A DNA stretch of 64,000 nucleotides from Myxococcota bacterium. Lineage in GTDB: Bacteria > Myxococcota_A > UBA9160 > JAFDDA01. The first letter of the stretch is position 1; every line of letters starts with the position of its first letter. Where the stretch lies: contig OZ245817.1 in the NCBI GenBank assembly GCA_965228475.1, positions 788,209 to 852,208 of the forward strand, read 5' to 3'. The translations under genes were made by a program, and so were the position numbers. This document shows positions 44,868 to 54,028 of this stretch, one piece after another. The notes beneath the pieces were generated by a model that was not told where the DNA came from, made no database searches, and saw only the letters and a list, made by a program, of their open reading frames with translations.

Positions 44868-46034
44868 ATGGATTTCGATCTCAGCCCGGAGCAGGAGGCG
44901 TTTCGCCAGGAGGTCCGCGCGTTCATCGCGGAGAACCTCCCGAAGAACACGGCGGACCCGGCCCAGGTGCAGGCCTGGCAGACCAAGGTGCGCGAGAAGC
45001 GCTGGGTCGGTTTCTCCTGGCCGTCCGACGTCGGGGGCGGCGGCGGCGGGATCATGGAACAGGTGATCCTGAAGGAAGAGATGGCCAAGGCCAAGGCGCC
45101 GCCGCTCGGAAGCTGCTTCATGGGCCTCGCGTGGGTCGGCCCCTCGATCGCGCAGTACGGCACCGAAGCGCAGCGGCAGCGGTTCATCCCGGACATCCTC
45201 GACGGCAAGTACCAGTGGTGCACCGGCTACTCCGAGCCCGACTCCGGGAGCGATCTCGCCTCGCTCCAGTGCAAGGCGGTCCGGGAGGGTGACGAGTACG
45301 TCGTGAACGGCCAGAAGATCTGGACCTCGATCGCCATGTGGTCGAAGTGGATGATCCTGCTCGTGCGCACGGCGAACGCCCGCGACGCCGAGAACAAGCA
45401 CGACGGCATCACCTGTCTGCTCGTCGAGATGGATTCGCCCGGGCTCGAGGTCCGTCCGATCCGCAACATGGGCGGCGGTGCGGTGTTCGCCGAGGTCTTC
45501 TTCACCGACGTGCGCGTCCCCGTCGACCAGCGGCTCGGGGAAGAAGGGCAGGGCTGGCAGGTCACGGTCTCGGCGCTCGCCCACGAACGCTCGAGCATCG
45601 CCGAGGTCGAGGGTTTGAAGCGCAACCTCGACGTGCTGAAGGACGCCGCGAAGCACGTCCGGAAGAGCGGGCGGCCCGCCAGCGAAGACCCCCAGGTCCG
45701 GCGGCGCCTCGCCGTGGCCGAGACGCGCATCGAAGCCATGCGGCTCAACGGCATGCGCTTCCTCACCAAGCAGCTCAAGGGGGAGCCGCTCGGGAGCGAG
45801 ACCAGCATCAACAAGCTGCTCCGCGCCATCCTCGAGGTGGAGCTCGGCGAGCTGGGCGTGGAGATGCAGGGCAACGCGGGCTCGCTCTCGGCCGGCATCG
45901 ACGAGGTGGTCGGCGGCAAGTGGCAGCGCCACGCCCTCGGGTGGCCCGAGGTGGTGATCGGCGGCGGCACGCCGAACATCCAGAAGAACATCATCGCCGA
46001 GCGCATCCTCGGTCTGCCGAAGGACGCTGCGTGA
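44868..46034 (+). CDS. Acyl-CoA dehydrogenase family protein (alpha-type)
   Basis: ATG at 44868, 2 nt after the upstream stop. WCTGYSEPDSGSDLAS and C-terminal GGGTPNIQKNIIAERILGLP. Confidence 0.8.
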   Translation: MDFDLSPEQEAFRQEVRAFIAENLPKNTADPAQVQAWQTKVREKRWVGFSWPSDVGGGGGGIMEQVILKEEMAKAKAPPLGSCFMGLAWVGPSIAQYGTEAQRQRFIPDILDGKYQWCTGYSEPDSGSDLASLQCKAVREGDEYVVNGQKIWTSIAMWSKWMILLVRTANARDAENKHDGITCLLVEMDSPGLEVRPIRNMGGGAVFAEVFFTDVRVPVDQRLGEEGQGWQVTVSALAHERSSIAEVEGLKRNLDVLKDAAKHVRKSGRPASEDPQVRRRLAVAETRIEAMRLNGMRFLTKQLKGEPLGSETSINKLLRAILEVELGELGVEMQGNAGSLSAGIDEVVGGKWQRHALGWPEVVIGGGTPNIQKNIIAERILGLPKDAA

Positions 46035-46306
46035 GCGAGGGTGCCGGCGAGGAGCGGCGCGCGCGAATCGAACGCAAGCTTCGCGAGCGCCTCGAGGCCT
46101 CCGAAGTCCGCGTCATCGACGACAGCGCCGCCCACGCGGGGCACGCCGGCGCGGCTTCGGGCGCGGGCCACTTCCGGGTCTTCGTCACGAGCGAGCGGTT
46201 CGCGGGCCTGAACCGCGTGGCGGCCCAGCGGCTCGTCTACGAAGCCCTCGACGACGAGATGGGCGAGCACATCCACGCGCTCTCCATCCGCACCGAGACG
46301 CCCTGA
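46031..46306 (+). CDS. BolA family protein
   Basis: The GTG start overlaps the upstream stop (GTGA). HFRVFVTSERFAGLNRVAAQRLVYEAL...IHALSI. Confidence 0.75.
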   Translation: MSEGAGEERRARIERKLRERLEASEVRVIDDSAAHAGHAGAASGAGHFRVFVTSERFAGLNRVAAQRLVYEALDDEMGEHIHALSIRTETP

Positions 46307-46310
46307 GCCG

Positions 46311-47159
46311 CTAGAGGAAGTCGCTGAGCCAGGTCGTGAGGGGGACGCTGAAGCCGGCCGCGTTGCGGTGGCCGCCTCCGCCGAGCTCGACGGCGATCGC
46401 CGCGACGTCGAAGTCCCCGATCGAGTACAGCGTGGCGTCCACGCGCGTGCCGTGGACGCGGTAGACGCAGCCCCAGGGCGCGCCGAAGGCGGCCTTCTCC
46501 GAGAGTTCGTGGCCAATCGCGCTGCGGTGGGCGGTCGAGTTCACCGCCTCGACGCGCCGGCCCTTCACCGTGATCGGGTGTGCCTTCTTGGCCGCCCGCG
46601 TGACTTCGATCCGCGCCGAGCGCACGAGCGGCGCCCCCTCGGCCACCAGAGCTTCGATCGGCTGGGCGGCCATGGCATCCCAGGAGGCGAACGTACGGGG
46701 CTGGGAACCGATCGCCGCGTTGACCTCCGCCGAGTGTTCGAGCTCCCAGCGCCAGAGGTCCTGGTCTTCGACGTAGCGTAAGAGCGGCGGCGCCGGCGTG
46801 TCGTGAAAGTGCTCCCAGGCGAGCATCGCGCCCGAGTGCGAAAGATCGAAGTGGACCGCGTGGCCGCCGGCGCGGAGGTCCGCTTCGAGTTCGGCGTCCG
46901 CGTGGAAGCGGTCGCGGCTGCTCACGTGGTGATCGAGCACGAGTACGTGGGCGGCATGCTCCGCGAGCGCGCGCAGGGTGCGCGTGCGCGTGAAGATGTC
47001 GACGAAGGCGACGAAGGCATCCTCGTAGGCGGCGGGCTCGATGGGCTCGTCGTGGCCGATGGGCCGGTACTCGGCCTCGTCGCCCCAGGCGCGCCAGACC
47101 GCCCAGGCGGCACCGAAGCCGTCCGGACATCCCGCGTGATAGAAACAGACCCGGCGCAT
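46311..47159 (-). CDS. DHH/DHHA1 family phosphoesterase
   Basis: HAGCPDGFGAAW, LVLDHHVS and GGGGHRNAAGF motifs. Confidence 0.75.
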   Translation of the reverse strand: MRRVCFYHAGCPDGFGAAWAVWRAWGDEAEYRPIGHDEPIEPAAYEDAFVAFVDIFTRTRTLRALAEHAAHVLVLDHHVSSRDRFHADAELEADLRAGGHAVHFDLSHSGAMLAWEHFHDTPAPPLLRYVEDQDLWRWELEHSAEVNAAIGSQPRTFASWDAMAAQPIEALVAEGAPLVRSARIEVTRAAKKAHPITVKGRRVEAVNSTAHRSAIGHELSEKAAFGAPWGCVYRVHGTRVDATLYSIGDFDVAAIAVELGGGGHRNAAGFSVPLTTWLSDFL

Positions 47160-47218
47160 CGGCGGACTCTAACACGCCATCGCGTCGCCCAAGCGTCTCT
47201 CGCGCCCGCCGGCTGCCG

Positions 47219-48157
47219 TCAAGGCAACTCGTCGGCAGGCCGCGTGAGGAATCCGGCGACGTCCTCGGCGAGCTGCTGCGGCACCTCCGTCGCCAGCGCG
47301 TGCCCGGCGCCGGGGTAGACGCGCAGCTCCGAGCGGGGCAGCAGCTCGTGGAGCCGCGCGACGCCCTCGCCCATGTTGGCGCCGTGGTCGCGGTCGCCCC
47401 AGCCGAGCCATACGGGGTGCTCGATCTCGGGGGCCAGGGGGAAGAGGCTTCGTTCGACCTGATCCGCCGCCATGCCGAAGTACATGCGCACGAACCCCGG
47501 GCCCATGACCTCGTCGTAGTAGGCGAAGGTGTTGGCGAGGGCGTCGTCGCGCCCGGCGAAGGACTCGTCGTACCAGTAGCCGGATTGGATCCAGACGATG
47601 GGCCGAAACGCGGCATAGCTGGTGATGGCCCGCATGGCCCGGGCCAGGAAGGGCTGCGCCTCCCAGGCGCTCCCCGGCGCCCAGGGCGCCAGGCGGTCGA
47701 AGCGGTCCGGGAAGCGATGCGCGAGCCGCAGCACGAGATTTCCGCCGAGGCTCCCGCCGACGGCGTGGGCGCGCTCGACGCCGAGCTCGTCGAGCAGCGC
47801 CATGGCGACGTCCTCGTAGTAGGCGAGGTCGTACTCCCGGACCGGCTTCTCGGAGTAGCCGCTTCCGGGGAAGTCGAGCACCACCACGCGGTGTCGTTCG
47901 GCGAGCGTGGGCACGAGGCCGTCGTACTCCTCGATCCGCGACGTGTGCCCGGGGATGAGCAGCGCGACCGGCGCCCGCCTCGGCCCCTCGTCGATGTAGC
48001 GGATGCGGACGTCGTCGAGTGCCGCGAGGCGGACGTGCCGCTGGGTGAAGGGTGTCGTCGGGACCCGGTCCGGGTGGAACGGGTCGCGATCTTCCGGCGC
48101 CGCGCAGCCGGCGAGGGCCATCACCGCCGAGAGCCCGAGGGCCACCCTACGCCGCAT
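47219..48157 (-). CDS. Alpha/beta hydrolase lipoprotein
   Basis: Lipobox MALAGCA. LIPGHTS oxyanion region and nucleophile elbow VGGSLGG. Confidence 0.75.
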   Translation of the reverse strand: MRRRVALGLSAVMALAGCAAPEDRDPFHPDRVPTTPFTQRHVRLAALDDVRIRYIDEGPRRAPVALLIPGHTSRIEEYDGLVPTLAERHRVVVLDFPGSGYSEKPVREYDLAYYEDVAMALLDELGVERAHAVGGSLGGNLVLRLAHRFPDRFDRLAPWAPGSAWEAQPFLARAMRAITSYAAFRPIVWIQSGYWYDESFAGRDDALANTFAYYDEVMGPGFVRMYFGMAADQVERSLFPLAPEIEHPVWLGWGDRDHGANMGEGVARLHELLPRSELRVYPGAGHALATEVPQQLAEDVAGFLTRPADELP

Positions 48158-49736
48158 CGGTGTCCGAGAAGTCCTCGCCCGCGGCGCGGGCGCGGTCGAC
48201 CAGGCTGTCCTGGTCCGGCACCAGGGCGCGGGCCGCCATCACCGCCGCGATGAAGGCGACGACGTTCACGGCCAGGCCGGCGGTCATGCCGATCTTCAGA
48301 TCCGCCGCGACGCTGATGCGGCCGATCGTGTAGGGGCCGAGGGCCAGTCCGATGAACGTGATGGCGAGCAGGTAGGCCGCCGCCGCGACCGCGCGCATGC
48401 GCGGCAGCACGAGGTCCTGCATGGTGCTCGCCGAGAGTCCGATCCACATGGAGGTGAAGAGGTTGGCCGCCAGGGTGAAGCGCAGGGCGTTGTCGATCTC
48501 GGAGGCGTAGAGCACGGCCAGGTTCGTGGGGATGGCCGCGACCGCGGCGATCGCCAGCACGTAGAGCCGTCCGCGCGGGTTCCGCGCGCGCCAGAGGTCG
48601 CCGAGGATTCCGCCGAGGGCGACGCCCGCGAAGCCGCCGATCGCGGTCGTGAAGAGGAGATAGTCGCCGACCCGCGCTTCGTCGACGCCGTGGGCGCGAA
48701 TCAGGTAGGCGGGCGTCCAGAAGCCGAGCCCGTAGCCCGAGAAGGCGAGCATCGACGCGACCAGCACGAGCCAGCGCAGCGAGGCCGTGTGGAAGATCAG
48801 CGAGAAGGTCGGCGGATCGCGCAGCGCGAGCGATTGCGCCCAGGAGACCGCGCCGTAGGAGCCGATGCCGAGCGCGACCCACTGGGCGATGTCGCCGGTG
48901 CTCCAGGCGAGGCTTCCCGAGACGAGGGCGATCACCGCGGCGAGGATCGCGTTGCGAGTGACGGCGGCGCTTCCACCCCCGAGCGCGATCAGGTTCCAGA
49001 CGGTGAACCCGGGCAGCACCGCGCGCAGCTCGAGGCCGAACTCCCGGAAGGGGTGCGGGTGGGGCGGGGTGACCAGGCCGTCGGCCTGGCCCCGCACGGG
49101 CTCGCGCAGGGTGCGGACCCACAGGGCCATCAGGACGCCGGGCAGCCCGACCAGGATGAAGGTCGCCTGCCAGCCTTCGAGCCCGTAGGGCGCCGTGCCC
49201 GGCGCGTAGCCGTCCCAGAAGCTCAGCATGCGGCCGCCGACGAACAGCGCGAGCCCGCCGCCGAGATAGATCCCGCTCGAGTAGAGCGAGAGCGCCGTCG
49301 CGCGCATCGAGGCCGGGAAGTAGTCCGAGAGCATCGAGTAGGCGGCAGGCGTCGCGCTCGCCTCCCCGACCCCCACGCCGATGCGCGCCACCGTCAGCTC
49401 GGTCATGTTGCGCGAGAACCCCGAGGCCGCGGTCATCAGGCTCCAGAAGCCGAGGCCGAGGGCGACCAGGCTGCGGCGGTTCCAGACGTCGGCCAGCCGG
49501 CCGAGGGGGATCCCGAAGATCGCGTAGAAGACGGCGAAGGCCGTGCCGTAGAGGAAGCCGAGTTCGGAGTCCGAGACGGTGAGCGATTCCTTGATCCGCT
49601 CGGCCAGGATCGAAGGCAGCTGTCGGTCGATGAAGTTGAACAGGTAGACGAGGACGAGGACGAACAGGACGTAGCTCGCGTAGGCGAGCTGGCGGCGGTC
49701 GAAGGCGGGGGGCGCGGCCACGGCTGCACTATACAT
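48147..49736 (-). CDS. MFS transporter (Spinster-like)
   Basis: 529 aa, about 12 TM helices, motif A-like GIPLGRLADVWNRR. Its 3' end overlaps the downstream hydrolase start by 11 nt. Confidence 0.8.
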   Translation of the reverse strand: MYSAAVAAPPAFDRRQLAYASYVLFVLVLVYLFNFIDRQLPSILAERIKESLTVSDSELGFLYGTAFAVFYAIFGIPLGRLADVWNRRSLVALGLGFWSLMTAASGFSRNMTELTVARIGVGVGEASATPAAYSMLSDYFPASMRATALSLYSSGIYLGGGLALFVGGRMLSFWDGYAPGTAPYGLEGWQATFILVGLPGVLMALWVRTLREPVRGQADGLVTPPHPHPFREFGLELRAVLPGFTVWNLIALGGGSAAVTRNAILAAVIALVSGSLAWSTGDIAQWVALGIGSYGAVSWAQSLALRDPPTFSLIFHTASLRWLVLVASMLAFSGYGLGFWTPAYLIRAHGVDEARVGDYLLFTTAIGGFAGVALGGILGDLWRARNPRGRLYVLAIAAVAAIPTNLAVLYASEIDNALRFTLAANLFTSMWIGLSASTMQDLVLPRMRAVAAAAYLLAITFIGLALGPYTIGRISVAADLKIGMTAGLAVNVVAFIAAVMAARALVPDQDSLVDRARAAGEDFSDTDAA

Positions 49737-49829
49737 GCGGCCGCGCGGTCGACGGGGTTCTTCGTGGCGGGCCCGCGGCGGCCCGGCCTGCCCTGGGGGT
49801 GCTCCCGGACACCGGCCCCGGCCTGACGT

Positions 49830-49850
49830 ATCCTCCCGCGTCCGGAGGAT
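49830..49850 (+). promoter_or_regulatory. Hairpin pairing the ilvD Shine-Dalgarno with an upstream anti-SD
   Basis: ATCCTCC-cgcgtcc-GGAGGAT, with the ATG at 49854. Confidence 0.35.
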
Positions 49851-49853
49851 TTC

Positions 49854-51539
49854 ATGGCCGACCGCTCACGCAAGCTCCCCAAGCCCCGCTCCCGGGAAGT
49901 CACCGAAGGCCCCGCACGCGCGCCCGCCCGGGCCATGCTGCGGGCCGTCGGCTTCAGCGAGGAGGACTTCGACAAGCCCCAGGTCGGGATCGCCGCGGCG
50001 GCCAACGAGGTCACGCCCTGCAACATGGGCCTCGCCGCCCAGGCCGACTGGGCCAAGGAAGCGATCACCGAAGAGGGCGCCGTCGGCCTGCGCTTCGACA
50101 CCATCGCCGTTTCGGACGGCATCAGCATGGGCCACGTGGGCATGCACGCTTCGCTCGTGTCGCGCGAGGTGATCGCGGACTCGGTCGAACTCGTGGTCCA
50201 CGCCGAGCGCCTCGACGCGCTCGTCACGCTGGCCGGCTGCGACAAGAGCCTGCCCGGCATGCTCATGGCCGCGGCGCGGCTCGACGTCCCCTCGGTCTTC
50301 CTCTACGGCGGAACGATCCTGCCCGGCTGCTTCAAGGGCCGCGACGTCAACATCCAGGACGTGTTCGAGGCCGTCGGCGCCCACGCCTCGGGCAACATGA
50401 GCGACGAAGACCTGCTCGAGCTCGAGCGCGTCGCCTGCCCGTCGACGGGCTCCTGCGCGGGCATGTTCACGGCGAACACGATGTCGACGGTGAGCGAGGC
50501 CCTCGGCATGGCGGTGCCCGGTTCCGCCTCCGTCCCGAACCCGGATGCCCGGCGCCGGGAGCTTTCCCTCGCGACGGGCCGCGCGGTCGTGGACTGCCTC
50601 GAGCACGGCATCACGCCCCGCAAGGTGATGACCAAGCGCGCCTTCGAGAACGCCATCGCCGCCGTGATGGCCCTCGGCGGCTCGACCAACGCGGTGCTCC
50701 ACCTCCTGGCGATCGCCCGGGAGGCGAAGGTCGAGCTCGCCCTCGACGACTTCGACCGCATCAGCCGCACGACGCCGCAGCTCTGCGACCTGAAGCCCTT
50801 CGGCAAGTACGTGATGAGCGACCTCGACGCCATCGGCGGCGTCTCGGTGCTCTTCCGCGAGCTGATCGACGGCGGCCAGATGGATCCGGATTGCCTCACC
50901 ATCACGGGCAAGACCCTCGGCGAGAACCTCGAAGGGACGAGCTTTCCCGAGGGCCAGGACATCGTGCATCGCGAGAGCGCGGCCCTGATGGCCGAGGGCG
51001 GCATCGTGGTGCTGCGCGGCACGCTCGCCCCCGACGGCTGCGTGATGAAGACCGCCGGCGGGAACCTCCGCCGCGTCGACGGCCCCGCGCGCGTGTTCGA
51101 CGGCGAGCAGGCGGCCTTCGACGCCGTGACGAACGGCCAGATCGAAAAGGGCTGCGTGATCGTGATCCGCAACGAAGGGCCGGCCGGCGGCCCGGGCATG
51201 CGCGAGATGCTCGCCGTGACCGCGGCCGTGAAGGGCGCGGGCCTCGGCGCCGACGTCGCGCTGCTCACCGACGGCCGCTTCTCCGGCGCGACCCACGGCT
51301 ACATGATCGCCCACGTGGCGCCGGAGGCCGTGCGCGAGGGGCCGATCGCCTGGGTGCGCGACGGGGACCGCATCGTGATCGACCCGCAGGAGCGCATCCT
51401 CGACGTCATGGTCCCGGAAGAGGAGCTCGCCGAGCGGCGCAAGGGCTGGCAGCCGCCGGCGCCCCGGTTCGAGAGCGGCGCCATGGCGAAGTACGCGAAG
51501 CTCGTCGGCAGCGCCGCCCGCGGCGCGGTCTGTGGATAG
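49854..51539 (+). CDS. ilvD: Dihydroxy-acid dehydratase
   Basis: ARAMLRAVGF, LAGCDKSLPGM, CPSTGSCAGMFTANTM and RFSGATHG motifs. Confidence 0.9.
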   Translation: MADRSRKLPKPRSREVTEGPARAPARAMLRAVGFSEEDFDKPQVGIAAAANEVTPCNMGLAAQADWAKEAITEEGAVGLRFDTIAVSDGISMGHVGMHASLVSREVIADSVELVVHAERLDALVTLAGCDKSLPGMLMAAARLDVPSVFLYGGTILPGCFKGRDVNIQDVFEAVGAHASGNMSDEDLLELERVACPSTGSCAGMFTANTMSTVSEALGMAVPGSASVPNPDARRRELSLATGRAVVDCLEHGITPRKVMTKRAFENAIAAVMALGGSTNAVLHLLAIAREAKVELALDDFDRISRTTPQLCDLKPFGKYVMSDLDAIGGVSVLFRELIDGGQMDPDCLTITGKTLGENLEGTSFPEGQDIVHRESAALMAEGGIVVLRGTLAPDGCVMKTAGGNLRRVDGPARVFDGEQAAFDAVTNGQIEKGCVIVIRNEGPAGGPGMREMLAVTAAVKGAGLGADVALLTDGRFSGATHGYMIAHVAPEAVREGPIAWVRDGDRIVIDPQERILDVMVPEEELAERRKGWQPPAPRFESGAMAKYAKLVGSAARGAVCG

Positions 51540-53022
51540 GGCGACGGCCTTCGCACACCTGCACGTCGAGCCCGGCGGCTCCGCCGAAAGCCTCCTGCCC
51601 GGCTTCGAGAGGCTGCGCGCCTCCGCTCCGGCCGGCGGCTTCCCGTGGTTCCTCGACAGCGCGCTCGAGGACGGCCGCCTCGGCCGCTTCTCCTTCGCCG
51701 GGGTCGACCCGTGGGGCGTCCTGCGCGCGGGGGGCGCTCGGGGTTCGGCGGCGCTCGAGGTCCGGCGCGAAGCCCACCCGCACTGGCCCCGCGGCACGCA
51801 CGCGCTGTCCGGCGACGCCTTCGCGGCGTTGGGCTCGTTGCTCGAGCGCGCGGCCGGAGACGAGCGGGCAGCGAAGCTCCCCTTCGCGGGCGGTGCCGTC
51901 GGCTACTTCGGCTACGAGCTGGCGGAAGCGCTCGAGGACCTCACCTTTCCGTCGAGCCGGCCGACGGACTTCCCCGACCTCTGCTTCCTGCTGGTCGACG
52001 CCGTCGTGGCCTTCGACCACGAGCGCGGCGAGCTCTGGCTCTGCGGCACCGGTTTCGGCGACGAAGCCAAGGCCCGGGCCCAGGAACGGGTGCGGGCGCT
52101 GCGGGAGATCCTGGCGGCTGCGGCGCCGCCCGCCGGTGTGGCGCGCGAACCCGTTCCCGCCGACGGCCCCGTCGAGGCGCGCCACGACGCGGATTCTTAC
52201 GCCGCGCAGGTGCGCACCGTCCTGTCCGGCATCGAGCAGGGCGATCTCTATCAGGGCTGCCTGACCCACCGGATCTCGCGCACCCACGCGGGCGAGCCCT
52301 GGCCGCTCTACCGCCGCCTGCGCGAGGTGAACCCCGCGCCCTTCGGCGCGTATCTCGAACTCGCGGAGGGCGCGATCCTCTCGAGCTCGCCGGAGCGCTT
52401 CGTCCGGCTGACCGCCGAGGGCTTCGTCGAGGCCCGGCCGATCAAGGGAACCCGCCGCTTCGAGCCCGGCGCCGACGGCATCGAACGCAGCGCCCGGGCC
52501 CTCGCCGCCTCGGAGAAGGACCGCGCCGAGAACGTGATGATCGTGGACCTCTACCGCAACGATCTCGGGCGGGTCTGCGAGACCGGAAGCGTGCAGGTGC
52601 CCGAGCTCTTCGCGATCGAGCGCTACGCGACGCTCCACCAGATGGTGTCGACGGTGACGGGGCGCCTGGCCCGCGGCCGCGACGCCCTCGATCTCGTCCG
52701 GGCGATCTTTCCGCCGGGCTCCATGACCGGGGCGCCGAAGATCGCGGCGGTGAAGCTCCTCGCGGAGCTCGAAGACGAGCGCCGCGGCGTCTACGCCGGC
52801 GCCCTCGGCTACCTCGACGCACGCGGGGGGATGGACCTCTCGGTGGTGATCCGTACCATCCTGCTCTCGCGGGGGCGCGCACACGTGAACGTGGGCGGAG
52901 GCATCGTGGCGGACTCCGAGCCGCTGGCCGAGTACCAGGAGGCCATGGACAAGGCACGCGCGCTCGCGCTGGCCCTGGCGCCGCCGGACACGCTCGATGC
53001 ACCCGAGGGAGAGGGCTCGTGA
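51532..53022 (+). CDS. pabB: Aminodeoxychorismate synthase component I-like chorismate-utilising enzyme
   Basis: PIKGT (Lys as in ADC synthase, rather than Ala as in TrpE), PPGSMTGAPK, GVYAGALGY. The GTG start overlaps the ilvD 3' end by 8 nt. Confidence 0.7.
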   Translation: MDRATAFAHLHVEPGGSAESLLPGFERLRASAPAGGFPWFLDSALEDGRLGRFSFAGVDPWGVLRAGGARGSAALEVRREAHPHWPRGTHALSGDAFAALGSLLERAAGDERAAKLPFAGGAVGYFGYELAEALEDLTFPSSRPTDFPDLCFLLVDAVVAFDHERGELWLCGTGFGDEAKARAQERVRALREILAAAAPPAGVAREPVPADGPVEARHDADSYAAQVRTVLSGIEQGDLYQGCLTHRISRTHAGEPWPLYRRLREVNPAPFGAYLELAEGAILSSSPERFVRLTAEGFVEARPIKGTRRFEPGADGIERSARALAASEKDRAENVMIVDLYRNDLGRVCETGSVQVPELFAIERYATLHQMVSTVTGRLARGRDALDLVRAIFPPGSMTGAPKIAAVKLLAELEDERRGVYAGALGYLDARGGMDLSVVIRTILLSRGRAHVNVGGGIVADSEPLAEYQEAMDKARALALALAPPDTLDAPEGEGS

Positions 53023-53969
53023 GCGCGCCCGCCGCCGGCCGTCCGCTCCGCGTCCTGCGCATCGGCCCCGGGCCGGAATCCCTCGAGCCCCTCGGCCGCC
53101 AGTTCGATCCGCCGTTCGCCGTCGAGCTCGAGGCGGCGGAGCGGCTGCGCACCGGCCTCGGCGAACTCGCGGACCAGCGCTTCGACCTGGTCCTCTACGC
53201 CGTCGGGACCGCGGACGGGGAGGGCGTGGCCGGCATCGCGCGCATCCGGGCGATCGACGCGGAGGTCCCGATCGTCGTCGTGATGGACGCCGAGGACTCC
53301 GCGCTCGCGCTCGCGGCGATCCAGCGCGGCGCCCAGGACGCCCTGCCCCGGGCGGAGTTCGCAGGGCCCGGCGGGTGCCGAGCCCTGCGCCACGCCATCG
53401 AGCGCCAGCGGATCATGCTCGAGCTCCAGGAGGCCCGGGAGCGCGAGCAGTACCTCGCGACCCACGACTCGCTGACGGGCATCCCGAACCGCATGCTCTT
53501 CTACGACCGGCTCTCCCAGGCCATCGCCGCCGCGAGCCGCTGGGACACCACGCTCGCCGTGCTCTTCCTCGATCTCGACGGCTTCAAGCCCATCAACGAC
53601 ACCCTCGGGCACACCGCGGGCGACCGCCTCCTCCAGGAGGTCGCGAAGCGCGTGGCGAGCATCGTGCGCAAGAGCGACACGGCCGCGCGCATCGGCGGAG
53701 ACGAGTTCGGCGTGGTGCTCTCCCAGATCGCCAAGGCGAGCGATGCCTCGACGGTGGCCGAGAACCTGCGCGAGCGCATCGCGGAGCCGGTGCTGTTCGG
53801 CCGGAGCGAGCGCTGCGTCCACGCGAGCATCGGCATCGCGGTCTACCCCGGCGACGGCGAGCTCGCGGACACCCTCGTCCGGAACGCCGACACCGCGATG
53901 TACGAGGCCAAGAAGGCGGGCGGCAACCGCTACGCCTTCTACCACCGGCGGATGCGCGCCGAAGGCTGA
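53019..53969 (+). CDS. Diguanylate cyclase (GGDEF) with degenerate N-terminal receiver-like domain
   Basis: The GTG start overlaps the pabB stop (GTGA). RIGGDEFGV with I-site RKSD 5 aa upstream. The REC-like region lacks the acidic pocket and acceptor Asp (DLVLYAV). Confidence 0.8.
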   Translation: MSAPAAGRPLRVLRIGPGPESLEPLGRQFDPPFAVELEAAERLRTGLGELADQRFDLVLYAVGTADGEGVAGIARIRAIDAEVPIVVVMDAEDSALALAAIQRGAQDALPRAEFAGPGGCRALRHAIERQRIMLELQEAREREQYLATHDSLTGIPNRMLFYDRLSQAIAAASRWDTTLAVLFLDLDGFKPINDTLGHTAGDRLLQEVAKRVASIVRKSDTAARIGGDEFGVVLSQIAKASDASTVAENLRERIAEPVLFGRSERCVHASIGIAVYPGDGELADTLVRNADTAMYEAKKAGGNRYAFYHRRMRAEG

Positions 53970-54028
53970 GCCGCGCTCCGCCAATTTGTCGGGCGGTGCC
54001 TTCCGCCCCGCGCCGGTAGGCTCGCGGC

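Noticed and set aside
49737-49853. Leader-peptide attenuator upstream of ilvD
   Set aside because: The only short upstream frame is Gly/Pro/Arg-rich with no Ile/Leu/Val run, and no terminator/antiterminator pair is evident. Only the SD hairpin was kept as a low-interest finding.
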